In this document: positions 39,528 to 48,408 of the stretch, piece after piece
Layout: the number at the start of each line of letters is the position of its first letter
Position numbering within the stretch: position 1 is the first letter of the stretch
Virus record (IMG/VR): IMGVR_UViG_3300025781_000011
Coordinates: 1,174 to 65,173 of that record
DNA from: a virus
Lineage: Duplodnaviria > Caudoviricetes
Strand: one strand, 5' to 3'
Length of the DNA stretch: 64,000 nucleotides
Made by a program: the position numbers and the translations under genes
Notes under the pieces: model-generated
Database searches by the model: none
Told to the model about the DNA's origin: nothing
The model's input: only the letters and a program-made list of their open reading frames with translations

Positions 39528-39634
39528 CAGAAACCTCTTTTTTTCTTTTGAGCACGTTTAACTTTAGCATTTTCATTTTTACGAATTCTTTTGATTTTTG
39601 CTTTTTTTGCTTTAAGACTTCCAACTCTAGCCAC
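39527..39634 (-). CDS. 35-aa very basic peptide (not in the ORF track)
   Basis: GAGG RBS, GTG start, MARVGSLKAKKAKIKRIRKNENAKVKRAQKKKRGF*; TGATG-coupled to the SWIM gene; promoter upstream. Confidence 0.7.
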   Translation of the reverse strand: MARVGSLKAKKAKIKRIRKNENAKVKRAQKKKRGF

Positions 39635-39664
39635 GATATACCTCATATGCTTAATAAAATAATG

Positions 39665-39695
39665 TTTATAATAGCATCTGATAAAGTACTGTCAA
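39665..39695 (-). promoter_or_regulatory. Early sigma70-type promoter
   Basis: Minus strand TTGACA...TGCTATTAT. Confidence 0.7.
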
Positions 39696-39762
39696 CCAAA
39701 ATATTAAAAATTTTAGAAGTTTAATATCAACTACTTACAAGTTGAATAAATGTAAACAAATA

Positions 39763-40389
39763 TCAGACTAGCTTAGATGCCTGATCTTTAAAGGCCGCAG
39801 CAACTTCTGCCGCTTTGGCATATGAGCCAACCTTTAAAAATCCCAGATCTTCAAATGAGTTAGTCATAATATCAGTTGAGTCGTCAACTTTCTTGTATAG
39901 TTGGTATAAGTACTGTCCTGGTCTATGTTCTTCTGCACTGAGCAGTATACTTCCCACTGGTAAAGCAGCACCGTCGTGTTTGCTTTTAACATGATGTATC
40001 TGTCCATCTGGTGTCATTGCAGATATAAAGCCTAATTCATATGCTCTTGAATAGTGTGGTCCTGTAGCATCCTCGCCGAATTGCTTGCGATATGAATTAG
40101 GATCGGTGCTGTGTCTAGTACCAATAACAGAGTGCCCTTCTCCGCTTAACATCATGTCCCATAACATTTTGGTTAGTTTTTGTACACTGGTAGCACCACG
40201 TATAGCACGTTCAAACCATGCTCTTTTAGCAGTAGTCAAAGGTTTTTTGCTGGGTTTATTGATTAAGCTTAGTGCGAATTCTTGCGCTTTGCTGAGATCA
40301 CGTATTTTTGAAAGATGATGCAGGTCCTCTGCTGTGAAATTGTCATCTGGACGATTGTCTAATTCTGATAATATCTCGTCAATTTTCAT
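39763..40389 (-). CDS. Hypothetical (putative internal head) protein
   Basis: Likely start MKIDEILSE after GAGG; TAAATA upstream. Confidence 0.65.
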   Translation of the reverse strand: MKIDEILSELDNRPDDNFTAEDLHHLSKIRDLSKAQEFALSLINKPSKKPLTTAKRAWFERAIRGATSVQKLTKMLWDMMLSGEGHSVIGTRHSTDPNSYRKQFGEDATGPHYSRAYELGFISAMTPDGQIHHVKSKHDGAALPVGSILLSAEEHRPGQYLYQLYKKVDDSTDIMTNSFEDLGFLKVGSYAKAAEVAAAFKDQASKLV

Positions 40390-40493
40390 AGTAACCTCGG
40401 TAATTATGCTGATGTGATATTTAGCAGGACATGGTATACGTCGAACATCATTAGTTATTAAATAAATACTAGGCATACCTTTAGGATAAAATT

Positions 40494-42032
40494 ATGGCCA
40501 TAACAAAAATTAGCCGTTTACAAAATCGACGCGGTCTTAAGAGTGATTTACCCACTAGTTTATATGAAGGAGAGATTGGATGGTGTTTAGATACTCGAGA
40601 ATTGTTCATAGGTAACAGCGACGGTTTTGGCGGAAATAGTCAAATACTCACAGAATGGACCCCAAACGATGCACTCATACAGCATACATATCGTGGGTCA
40701 AATGGAATTCGATCCTCTGCAATGCCTCGTAGTATAGGTTCTAAATTAGATGATTTTGTTTCAGTTAGAGATTATGGTGCAATTGGAAATGGACTTGCTG
40801 ATGATACTGCTGCTATACAAGCAGCTATCGAAGATCGATACGCAGTAATAGCTGCTTCCGGTTATAGTCCACTTGGTGGATATGCGACCATTTGGATACC
40901 AGCTGGCACATACGTGATATCACAACCTATAAAACTGTACCCTTATGTTAAATTACAGGGAGAAGGCAGTAATAGAACTTTAATAACTATGAATAATACA
41001 GTTGCGAATTGTATGTTTCAAACAGTGGACGGTAATGGAAATACCGCAACAAATATAGGTATGAATTCTGCTACACTACCTCAATATATTGATTTGGTTG
41101 ATCTTTGGTTAAATCAACCAAACAATAATAAAGATGTTATTTTGTTACAACGAGCAAAGAATGTCACGGTAACTGGTGTAAAAATAACAGGACCGTGGGT
41201 CAATAGTAGTAACATACAAATAGACACAAATGGTATTAGTATAGAAAGTCTTGGCAGTACATATATACCAGACAATATTTCAATACAAGATTGTGAAATA
41301 TCAGGAATGGGTTATGCAGTTTTTTCAAATGATCCAATTACTAATTTAAGAATTAATCTATCAAATATGCACAATTGTTGGAACGGTGTAGTTCTAGGAC
41401 AAAGCTCGTATCTAGGTGGGCCGTCAATGATCAAAATAACCAACTGTGTATTTACTGATATAGATTCATATGGTATTGCATGTTACTCAACCAATCCTGG
41501 AGTAATTAGCACCGGTAATAGCTTTAACGGGGTAGGAGTGTATTACTCAAATCCTCCCATATTATGGAGTGCCGGTACAAGTAGTTGTGCTAGTATAGGT
41601 GATCAGTTTATTAATTCACAACAATTGGTTCAAGATAATAATCCTGCCCTTAATATTACTATCAATCCTCAAAAATATAGTGTAATAAGTAATTTGCCTG
41701 ATATAGCAGGACCAATACTTTTATTAGACAATAATCCGTCATCGGCAGTTGATACTGAAATATTTTTCTATATAAGAGAGTATAATACAATTAATATAAT
41801 CTATAGTATATCTAGAAATAATAACAAAAGAACTGGTACAATAACCATGTTAACTGACGGTGTTAATACTGTATTACAAGATGAGTACACAACATTAAAA
41901 GATGATGTTGGGATCACATTTGGATATAGATTAGACAGTGCTAATGGAAAATTGATAATAACATATCTTAGCACTACTACAGGATATGATGCATCATTTT
42001 TCATAGTTTCTTCATCATCATGGTTAACCTGA
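40494..42032 (+). CDS. Tail fiber/spike with pectate-lyase-like beta-helix
   Basis: N-terminal Q.RRG...DLP..L..GE.GW..DTRELFIG; SVRDYGA.G.G..DDTAAIQAAI; IPAGTY. Confidence 0.8.
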   Translation: MAITKISRLQNRRGLKSDLPTSLYEGEIGWCLDTRELFIGNSDGFGGNSQILTEWTPNDALIQHTYRGSNGIRSSAMPRSIGSKLDDFVSVRDYGAIGNGLADDTAAIQAAIEDRYAVIAASGYSPLGGYATIWIPAGTYVISQPIKLYPYVKLQGEGSNRTLITMNNTVANCMFQTVDGNGNTATNIGMNSATLPQYIDLVDLWLNQPNNNKDVILLQRAKNVTVTGVKITGPWVNSSNIQIDTNGISIESLGSTYIPDNISIQDCEISGMGYAVFSNDPITNLRINLSNMHNCWNGVVLGQSSYLGGPSMIKITNCVFTDIDSYGIACYSTNPGVISTGNSFNGVGVYYSNPPILWSAGTSSCASIGDQFINSQQLVQDNNPALNITINPQKYSVISNLPDIAGPILLLDNNPSSAVDTEIFFYIREYNTINIIYSISRNNNKRTGTITMLTDGVNTVLQDEYTTLKDDVGITFGYRLDSANGKLIITYLSTTTGYDASFFIVSSSSWLT

Positions 42033-42033
42033 T

Positions 42034-42489
42034 ATGAACAACCCTTTCTTTGAAAGCCCACAAAATCTAAGAAAAGAATGGAAACAACTAAGAAATAGCT
42101 TGAATGATACTCTAACTGACTCTGAACAGTTAAATATTGTAGCAAAATGGTGGGCACAATGCCCAATTTCAAAATATTGGTTAAACTGGGACGATCGAGC
42201 AACATGGCCTGATCCCTGGGAATTAATTGCTACAAAAAATTTAGACTACAGTGCTATAGCACTGGGCATGCAGTATACTTTATTGTTAAGCGGAGGCGAA
42301 CGATGGACTTCGGATAGAGTACAAATTGGTCTAGCCAGTGATACCGAAAAAACTATGCAGCACTTGGTTGTAATTGTAGATAACAAGTTTGTGCTGAATG
42401 TTAGTCATGCAAATGTAATAGATTTTGACAATGCATTGATTATACATAGTAGATACAGGTATAATGACAAAAAATATATTCAAATTTAA
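42034..42489 (+). CDS. Conserved hypothetical protein
   Basis: 151 aa, WPDPWEL motif. Confidence 0.7.
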   Translation: MNNPFFESPQNLRKEWKQLRNSLNDTLTDSEQLNIVAKWWAQCPISKYWLNWDDRATWPDPWELIATKNLDYSAIALGMQYTLLLSGGERWTSDRVQIGLASDTEKTMQHLVVIVDNKFVLNVSHANVIDFDNALIIHSRYRYNDKKYIQI

Positions 42490-42581
42490 TAATTAAATTT
42501 TAGATATTATCTGTTATAATTTGTAAATAGAGTTACTTTCCAAAAAAAATCCGCTATTGAAAATTTAAATTATTGAGGTAA

Positions 42582-44243
42582 ATGATGTCATCGATTCGAG
42601 TTGTAAAACGTAGCGGAGCAAAAGTGCCGTTAGATGTTACTAAATGGCAAAATCAGATCACCAAGGTCTGCACGGGCATAGCTGACGTTAGTCAATCAAT
42701 GATAGAAATCAAAGCACAACCACATTTTTATGATGGTATCAGCACCAGAGAAATAGATGAAATAACCCTACGTGCTATAGTTGATCTAATCGATATAGAA
42801 TCTAATCCAGATATCGGACATACCAATTATCAATTTGTAGCCGGCAATCAACGACTTGGTATGTTGCGTAAGGATGTCTACGGTCAGTATAATCCGCCTC
42901 ACATATATGAAATTGTTAAACATAATGTGGAATTAGGATTATATACCCGAGATTTATTAGATTGGTACACAGTTGATGATTGGAATCGAATGAACGATAT
43001 CCTTGATCATACCAAAGATGAAGCGTACAGCTATGCAGCAATTGAACAATTAATTGAAAAATACTTGATACGTAATCGTGCCACTAAACAGATATACGAA
43101 ACACCGCAGATTAGGTATATTGTAGCAGCCGCAACAGTGTTTCATAGAGAAGAACCTAGTCAAGCTAGAATGAAATATATTAAAGAATACTATAATGCTG
43201 CCTCAGACGGATTGTTTACTCTAGCTACACCTGTGCTAGCAGGATTAGGAACACCAACTAAACAGTTCAGTAGTTGTGTTCTCATACGTGCTGACGATAA
43301 TCTAGACAGTATTTTTGCTGCTGGCGAAATGATGGCCAAGTATGCAAGTAAACGAGCTGGTATCGGGTTAGAAATTGGTAGACTACGTCCCCTTGGTAGT
43401 CCAATTAGAGGCGGGGAGATTACACATACAGGTATGATTCCGTTCCTAAAGAAGTGGTTTGGTGATCTACGTAGCTGTTCACAAGGTGGTATTAGGAATT
43501 CCAGCTGTACTGTTTACTTCCCAATATGGCACTATCAATTTGATGATTTGATTGTATTAAAAAATAATCAAGGTACTGAAGAAACTCGTGTACGTCATAT
43601 GGATTATGCAGTAGTATTGAACGCATTCTTTTGGCGTCGCTTTAAGAACAAAGAAAATATCACATTCTTTGATCCGAACGAAGTACCAGATTTATTTGAA
43701 GCATTTTATGGAGATACGGAACTATTTGAAAACCTTTATGTTAAGTATGAAAAACGTAAAGATATACGCACTAAGACTATGAGTGCAGAAGAAGTATTTA
43801 AGGGCGGTATTTTAAAAGAACGTACTGATACTGGTCGAATTTATTTGATGTATACTGATAATGTTCAGAATCAAGGACCGTTTGATCCCAAGGTACATCC
43901 AATTTACCAATCAAATCTCTGTTGTATTACAGGCGATACTCGCGTAACCTTTTTACATAAAAGCGGGAAAATTGAAACAATGTCGGTTGCTAGTGCAGTA
44001 GAAAGATTTGAATTAGGCGGCCTTACTGAATCAAAGATTAAAAGTTTTAAGAATGACAAAGTAATATGGGCTGATATTTCAGGTGCAATGAAAACTAAAA
44101 CAGTAACAGAACTTTATGAGATCACAGATGAAAGTGGTAAGATTATCCAATGCACTGCTGATCATTTAATTTATACCAAAAATAGAGGTTATGTTAGAGC
44201 GGATGAACTTGTAGAAACGGACGAGTTATGTATTGAAAACTGA
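42582..44243 (+). CDS. nrdA: Ribonucleotide reductase class Ia alpha, N-terminal part fused to an N-intein
   Basis: ATP cone VVKRSG, LATP..AG, QFSSC, CSQGG.R, extein ends YQSNLC. Confidence 0.93.
   Translation: MMSSIRVVKRSGAKVPLDVTKWQNQITKVCTGIADVSQSMIEIKAQPHFYDGISTREIDEITLRAIVDLIDIESNPDIGHTNYQFVAGNQRLGMLRKDVYGQYNPPHIYEIVKHNVELGLYTRDLLDWYTVDDWNRMNDILDHTKDEAYSYAAIEQLIEKYLIRNRATKQIYETPQIRYIVAAATVFHREEPSQARMKYIKEYYNAASDGLFTLATPVLAGLGTPTKQFSSCVLIRADDNLDSIFAAGEMMAKYASKRAGIGLEIGRLRPLGSPIRGGEITHTGMIPFLKKWFGDLRSCSQGGIRNSSCTVYFPIWHYQFDDLIVLKNNQGTEETRVRHMDYAVVLNAFFWRRFKNKENITFFDPNEVPDLFEAFYGDTELFENLYVKYEKRKDIRTKTMSAEEVFKGGILKERTDTGRIYLMYTDNVQNQGPFDPKVHPIYQSNLCCITGDTRVTFLHKSGKIETMSVASAVERFELGGLTESKIKSFKNDKVIWADISGAMKTKTVTELYEITDESGKIIQCTADHLIYTKNRGYVRADELVETDELCIEN
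43923..44240 (+). other. Split intein, N-fragment (106 aa)
   Basis: Block A CITGDT; block B CTADH.IYT.NRGYV.A.EL...DEL, then a stop. Confidence 0.9.
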
Positions 44244-44250
44244 TTGCTAA

Positions 44251-44281
44251 CATAAATACATATGGAGAAATTCATATGTAT
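44251..44281 (+). promoter_or_regulatory. Late promoter overlapping an RBS/AUG-sequestering hairpin
   Basis: CATAAATA; stem ATACATATGGA-GAAA-TTCATATGTAT. Confidence 0.7.
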
Positions 44282-45217
44282 AAAAAGTTGTATAAAAATA
44301 TTATTGATAATGCTAGAAAAGAGAATAGAATGAAGAATCAAGGAATATATTATGAAGTACATCATATTATTCCAGATTTTCTATTTAAAAACCGGAGGCG
44401 ACCCGGACCTAAGGGACATTTAGATGGGAACCCAAACAGTTCTGATAACTTGGTTTTTCTAACATTTTCTGAACATTTAATAGCACATTATTATTTGTAT
44501 GAAATATATAAAGATTCAAGATATGCATATTCAGCTGGCTCAGCATTGCAATTCTTTTTTGTAAAAGCCACAGGGAATCATAAAAGACAGAAAAATTTAT
44601 CAGAGATTGATAGTAATTTTTTGAAAGAGATGGAACACTTGCGTATGTTGGGAATCGAGAGTATTAGTAAAGCAAAAACTGGAAAAATGCCGGTTGTGGA
44701 TGCACTAACTCGGAAAAAAATAGGTTCTGTGCCAATAGATCATCCGAAAGTATTATCCGGCGAATGGATTCACCATTGTAAAGGTCTTCCAGCAAAAACA
44801 GCAAATAGAAAGTCACAAGTAGGTTCAAATAACACTAATTATAAAGAGCTAACCCTTGAAAGACGAGAAAGATTATTAAATTGTGTAGTTAATTCTTGTC
44901 AAGACAGGTATTTAAAATTGTCACTACTTACTTCTGCAATAAAAAAAGAATTTTCAGAGTTTAAAAAAATATCATTAGCTTGGATTTGGAATAATTATGA
45001 TTCTGTGAATGATTTATTAAATGAAGTTAACTCAGTAAAAGGTACTCAAATTAAATATGATTCATATCATAGAAGCAATGCACAAAGAAAATTAGCATCT
45101 GCGCATTCTTCAAAACATCGTTGGTACAATAATGGAGTGAAAAATATAAAAGTCACAAACGAAGCAGAATTTTGTAAACATAATCCAGATTTTAAATTAG
45201 GAAAATTAAAAATATGA
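44276..45217 (+). CDS. Free-standing HNH (MobE-like) homing endonuclease inside the fractured nrdA
   Basis: YEVHHIIP...NLV.LT..EH..AH..L; C-terminal WYNNG. Confidence 0.88.
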   Translation: MYKKLYKNIIDNARKENRMKNQGIYYEVHHIIPDFLFKNRRRPGPKGHLDGNPNSSDNLVFLTFSEHLIAHYYLYEIYKDSRYAYSAGSALQFFFVKATGNHKRQKNLSEIDSNFLKEMEHLRMLGIESISKAKTGKMPVVDALTRKKIGSVPIDHPKVLSGEWIHHCKGLPAKTANRKSQVGSNNTNYKELTLERRERLLNCVVNSCQDRYLKLSLLTSAIKKEFSEFKKISLAWIWNNYDSVNDLLNEVNSVKGTQIKYDSYHRSNAQRKLASAHSSKHRWYNNGVKNIKVTNEAEFCKHNPDFKLGKLKI

Positions 45218-45315
45218 TCAAAATTAAAAAAATCAAAGTTAAACAAACTGACGTATACGACATTTCTGTTCCAGAAACAGAATGTTTTTTTGCTAACGAT
45301 ATATTGATTCATAAT
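45214..45315 (+). other. Split intein, C-fragment (34 aa)
   Basis: MIKIKKIK...VYDISV....FFANDILIHN followed by Cys+1. Confidence 0.9.
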
Positions 45316-46302
45316 TGTGAGATCACACTACCTAACAAGCCGTTCAAGCGTTTAGATGATGCAGAAGGTCGTATTTCCCTATGTACACTTGGATCAATTA
45401 ACTGGGGTGCATTCCGCAATCCAGAAGACATGAGACGTGCTTGTAGAATTCTGCTTAGAAGCTTGAATAACATTTTAGATTATCAGGACTTCTTGAGTAT
45501 CCAATCTAAATTATCAAATGACGAGATACGTCCGATTGGCATAGGTGTCACTAATCTAGCATACTTCTTAGCCAAGAGAGGATTGAAGTATGGTGATCCA
45601 GAATGCTTAGCAGAAGTAAAGACATTTATAGAGCATCAGGCATTTTATTTAACTGAAGCAACAGTAGAGCTGGCAAAGGAACGCGGTCCTTGTTTAGATA
45701 GTGCTAAGACACGCTATGGCCAAGGCACGTTTCCTTGGGAGTTAAGAGCAAATGGTGTTAATGAGCTTACAGACTTTACACCAGAACTTGACTGGGAATC
45801 ATTAAGAAATGAAATAAAACAACACGGAGTACGTAATGCTACGCTGCTAGCAGTTGCTCCTGTTGAATCAAGTTCAGTTTGTATTAATTCAACAAATGGT
45901 ATAGAAATGCCAATGAGTTTGATTGCTACTAAAGAAAGCAAGGCTGCATCACTTACGCAAGTGGTTCCGGAATATCACAGACTCAAGAACAAGTATCAGT
46001 TGATGTGGGATCAAACAGACTGTATCGGATATTTGAAAACTGCTGCGGTGTTAGCTGCATATGTTGATCAGGCTATTTCAGTGAATACGTTTTATTCGCC
46101 TAAACATTTTCCAGATCGCAAAGTCCCAACCACATTGATAGCTAAAAATTTAATGCAGGCACATAAATGGGGATTGAAGACCTTGTATTATAGCCTAATG
46201 GATAAATCTGGGTCAAAAGTTGATGACCTTGATCTAATTAAAGAACTGGCACCGATAGACTACAGTGACGATGATTCAGACTGCGAAGCTTGTAAGCTAT
46301 AA
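45214..46302 (+). CDS. nrdA: C-intein fused to the ribonucleotide reductase alpha C-terminal part
   Basis: CEI, LCTLGSIN, RPIGIG, RNATL.A.AP.ESSS, KTLYY, C-terminal CEAC. Confidence 0.93.
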   Translation: MIKIKKIKVKQTDVYDISVPETECFFANDILIHNCEITLPNKPFKRLDDAEGRISLCTLGSINWGAFRNPEDMRRACRILLRSLNNILDYQDFLSIQSKLSNDEIRPIGIGVTNLAYFLAKRGLKYGDPECLAEVKTFIEHQAFYLTEATVELAKERGPCLDSAKTRYGQGTFPWELRANGVNELTDFTPELDWESLRNEIKQHGVRNATLLAVAPVESSSVCINSTNGIEMPMSLIATKESKAASLTQVVPEYHRLKNKYQLMWDQTDCIGYLKTAAVLAAYVDQAISVNTFYSPKHFPDRKVPTTLIAKNLMQAHKWGLKTLYYSLMDKSGSKVDDLDLIKELAPIDYSDDDSDCEACKL

Positions 46303-46323
46303 TAATGGATAACGGAGTAGACA

Positions 46324-47424
46324 ATGTCAACGGCTCAATATAATTTAAAAACAAAAACTGATTATCTTAATCGAAAGATGTTTCTAGATCCTGCTGGACC
46401 AGTAACTATTCAACGATTTGAAGAAGTGCATTATCCTAAGATACAAAAGTTCGAAGCAACTCAACGAGGTTTCTTCTGGGTCCCAGAGGAAATATCACTA
46501 ACCAAAGATGCCAATGATTTCAAAGATGCAAGCGATGCAGTAAAACATATCTTTACCAGCAACTTGCTGCGTCAAACAGCTCTGGACAGTATACAAGGCC
46601 GTGGCCCGGTGCAGGTATTCAGTCCTGTGGTAAGTGTTCCAGAATTAGAAGCGTTGGTACTGATTTGGTCAATGTTTGAAACAAACATCCATAGCCGCAG
46701 TTATAGTCATATCATTAGAAACATCTATAATGTACCAAAAGATGTGTTTAATACGATTCATGATACACAAGAGATTGTTGATATGGCTTCTAGTGTGGGT
46801 AATTATTATGATAGATTGCATCAAATAAATTGCCTAAAAGAAACTGGCGCAACTGTATCTGAAAAAGACCATGTTAAGGCAGTTTGGTTGGCATTACATG
46901 CTAGCTATGCACTAGAAGCGTTTCGTTTCATGGTATCATTTGCTACTAGCCTAGCTATGGTAGAGAACAAAATCTTTATTGGTAATGGTAATATTATCAG
47001 CTTAATTTTACAGGATGAAATATTGCATAAGGAGTGGACTGCTTATATTATTAATCAAGTAGCAAAAGACGACGCTAGATTTGCTGATGCAAAAGCAGAA
47101 TGTCAAGACGAAGTCTACAGAATGTACATGAGTGTGATACAGGAAGAAAAATCCTGGGCAGATTACTTGTTTAAGAAGGGTCCTGTAATTGGGCTCAATG
47201 CTAACATTCTAAAAGATTTTGTTGATTATACAGCAATGCTTGCATTGAAAGAAGTTGGCATTAAATATCAAGGTTTTGGTCCTAAGACTACTCCTATACC
47301 TTGGTTCAATAAGCACAGTGATCCTAGCAAGAAGCAAACTGCATTGCAAGAGTCTGAAAGCACAAATTATATAATAGGTGTAATGGATTCTGTTATTGAT
47401 TACAACGAGCTTCCAAACTTGTAA
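46324..47424 (+). CDS. nrdB: Ribonucleotide reductase class Ia beta subunit
   Basis: FFW.PEE, ETNIHSRSY, LEAFRF..SF, DEILH, ALQE.E...Y. Confidence 0.95.
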   Translation: MSTAQYNLKTKTDYLNRKMFLDPAGPVTIQRFEEVHYPKIQKFEATQRGFFWVPEEISLTKDANDFKDASDAVKHIFTSNLLRQTALDSIQGRGPVQVFSPVVSVPELEALVLIWSMFETNIHSRSYSHIIRNIYNVPKDVFNTIHDTQEIVDMASSVGNYYDRLHQINCLKETGATVSEKDHVKAVWLALHASYALEAFRFMVSFATSLAMVENKIFIGNGNIISLILQDEILHKEWTAYIINQVAKDDARFADAKAECQDEVYRMYMSVIQEEKSWADYLFKKGPVIGLNANILKDFVDYTAMLALKEVGIKYQGFGPKTTPIPWFNKHSDPSKKQTALQESESTNYIIGVMDSVIDYNELPNL

Positions 47425-47441
47425 TTTAGAAAAGATACAAA

Positions 47442-48170
47442 ATGAAAGTAGCCATAATTACTCCTTATTATAAGGAGTCTATCAAATGTCTGAAAAAGTG
47501 TCACGACAGTGTTGTGAATCAAACACATCCAAATGTAACTCATTTGATGGTCGCTGATGGGTTTCCTAATCCCAAATGTAAATCATGGAATGTAGAACAC
47601 GTAGAGTTACCTCACTCTCACGTAGATGCAGGTGCTACACCCCGAGCATTGGGTGCAATTTCAGCATTTAGTAGAGGATATGATGCAGTAGGATTTTTAG
47701 ATGCAGACAACTGGATCGATTCGGATCATATTGAAAATATGGTTAAAACACTAAAAGAATCTGGTGCTGCAGGAGTTATAGCTACTCGTAGAATACATGC
47801 ACTAGACGGTACAGAACTTTATGTGGATAGAATAGAGAGCAACGGTGAGAACATGGTTGATACCAACTGCATGTTTTTAACTCGTGCAGCTTTACATTTG
47901 ATGTCATATTGGGTTACTGATCCGGGGTCTAGATTATGGAGTGATAGATATTTTTGGGAAGCTGTTAAACAAAGTAAGTTATCAATAGTTCAATGCCTTA
48001 AACCCACAGTTGCCTATGTTAGCAAGTGGGCGTGGCATTATCAACATGCTGGAGTGGAACCGCCGCCAGATTCAGTGTGGATTGGTCAAGACGCGGTGGG
48101 AAATCTCATACACATTAAACATAAGGATTCAAAGGAATATCATGAAAGCAGAAATTTGGACAAAGCCTAA
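47442..48170 (+). CDS. Glycosyltransferase family 2
   Basis: IITPYY, SV..QT, VADG, FLDAD. Confidence 0.85.
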   Translation: MKVAIITPYYKESIKCLKKCHDSVVNQTHPNVTHLMVADGFPNPKCKSWNVEHVELPHSHVDAGATPRALGAISAFSRGYDAVGFLDADNWIDSDHIENMVKTLKESGAAGVIATRRIHALDGTELYVDRIESNGENMVDTNCMFLTRAALHLMSYWVTDPGSRLWSDRYFWEAVKQSKLSIVQCLKPTVAYVSKWAWHYQHAGVEPPPDSVWIGQDAVGNLIHIKHKDSKEYHESRNLDKA

Positions 48171-48408
48171 TTGCCCATATTGTGATAAGGCTAAGAATTT
48201 ATTTAAAATCAAGGGCGTAGAATACGAAGAAAAAATAATAAAGTTGACAGAATCACAAGGTTCGGATCTTAAGCCAAATCAAGAATTGGTTTCTCGCGAA
48301 GCATTACTCGAACGAGCTCCTAATGCCAAGACTGTACCACAAATATGGCTAGACAATAATTATATAGGCGGCTATAATGAATTAATAGCATTTTGGGGTA
48401 TTAACTAA
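48142..48408 (+). CDS. Glutaredoxin
   Basis: CPYC, TVPQI, IGGY; AAGGA RBS before ATG 48142. Confidence 0.9.
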   Translation: MKAEIWTKPNCPYCDKAKNLFKIKGVEYEEKIIKLTESQGSDLKPNQELVSREALLERAPNAKTVPQIWLDNNYIGGYNELIAFWGIN

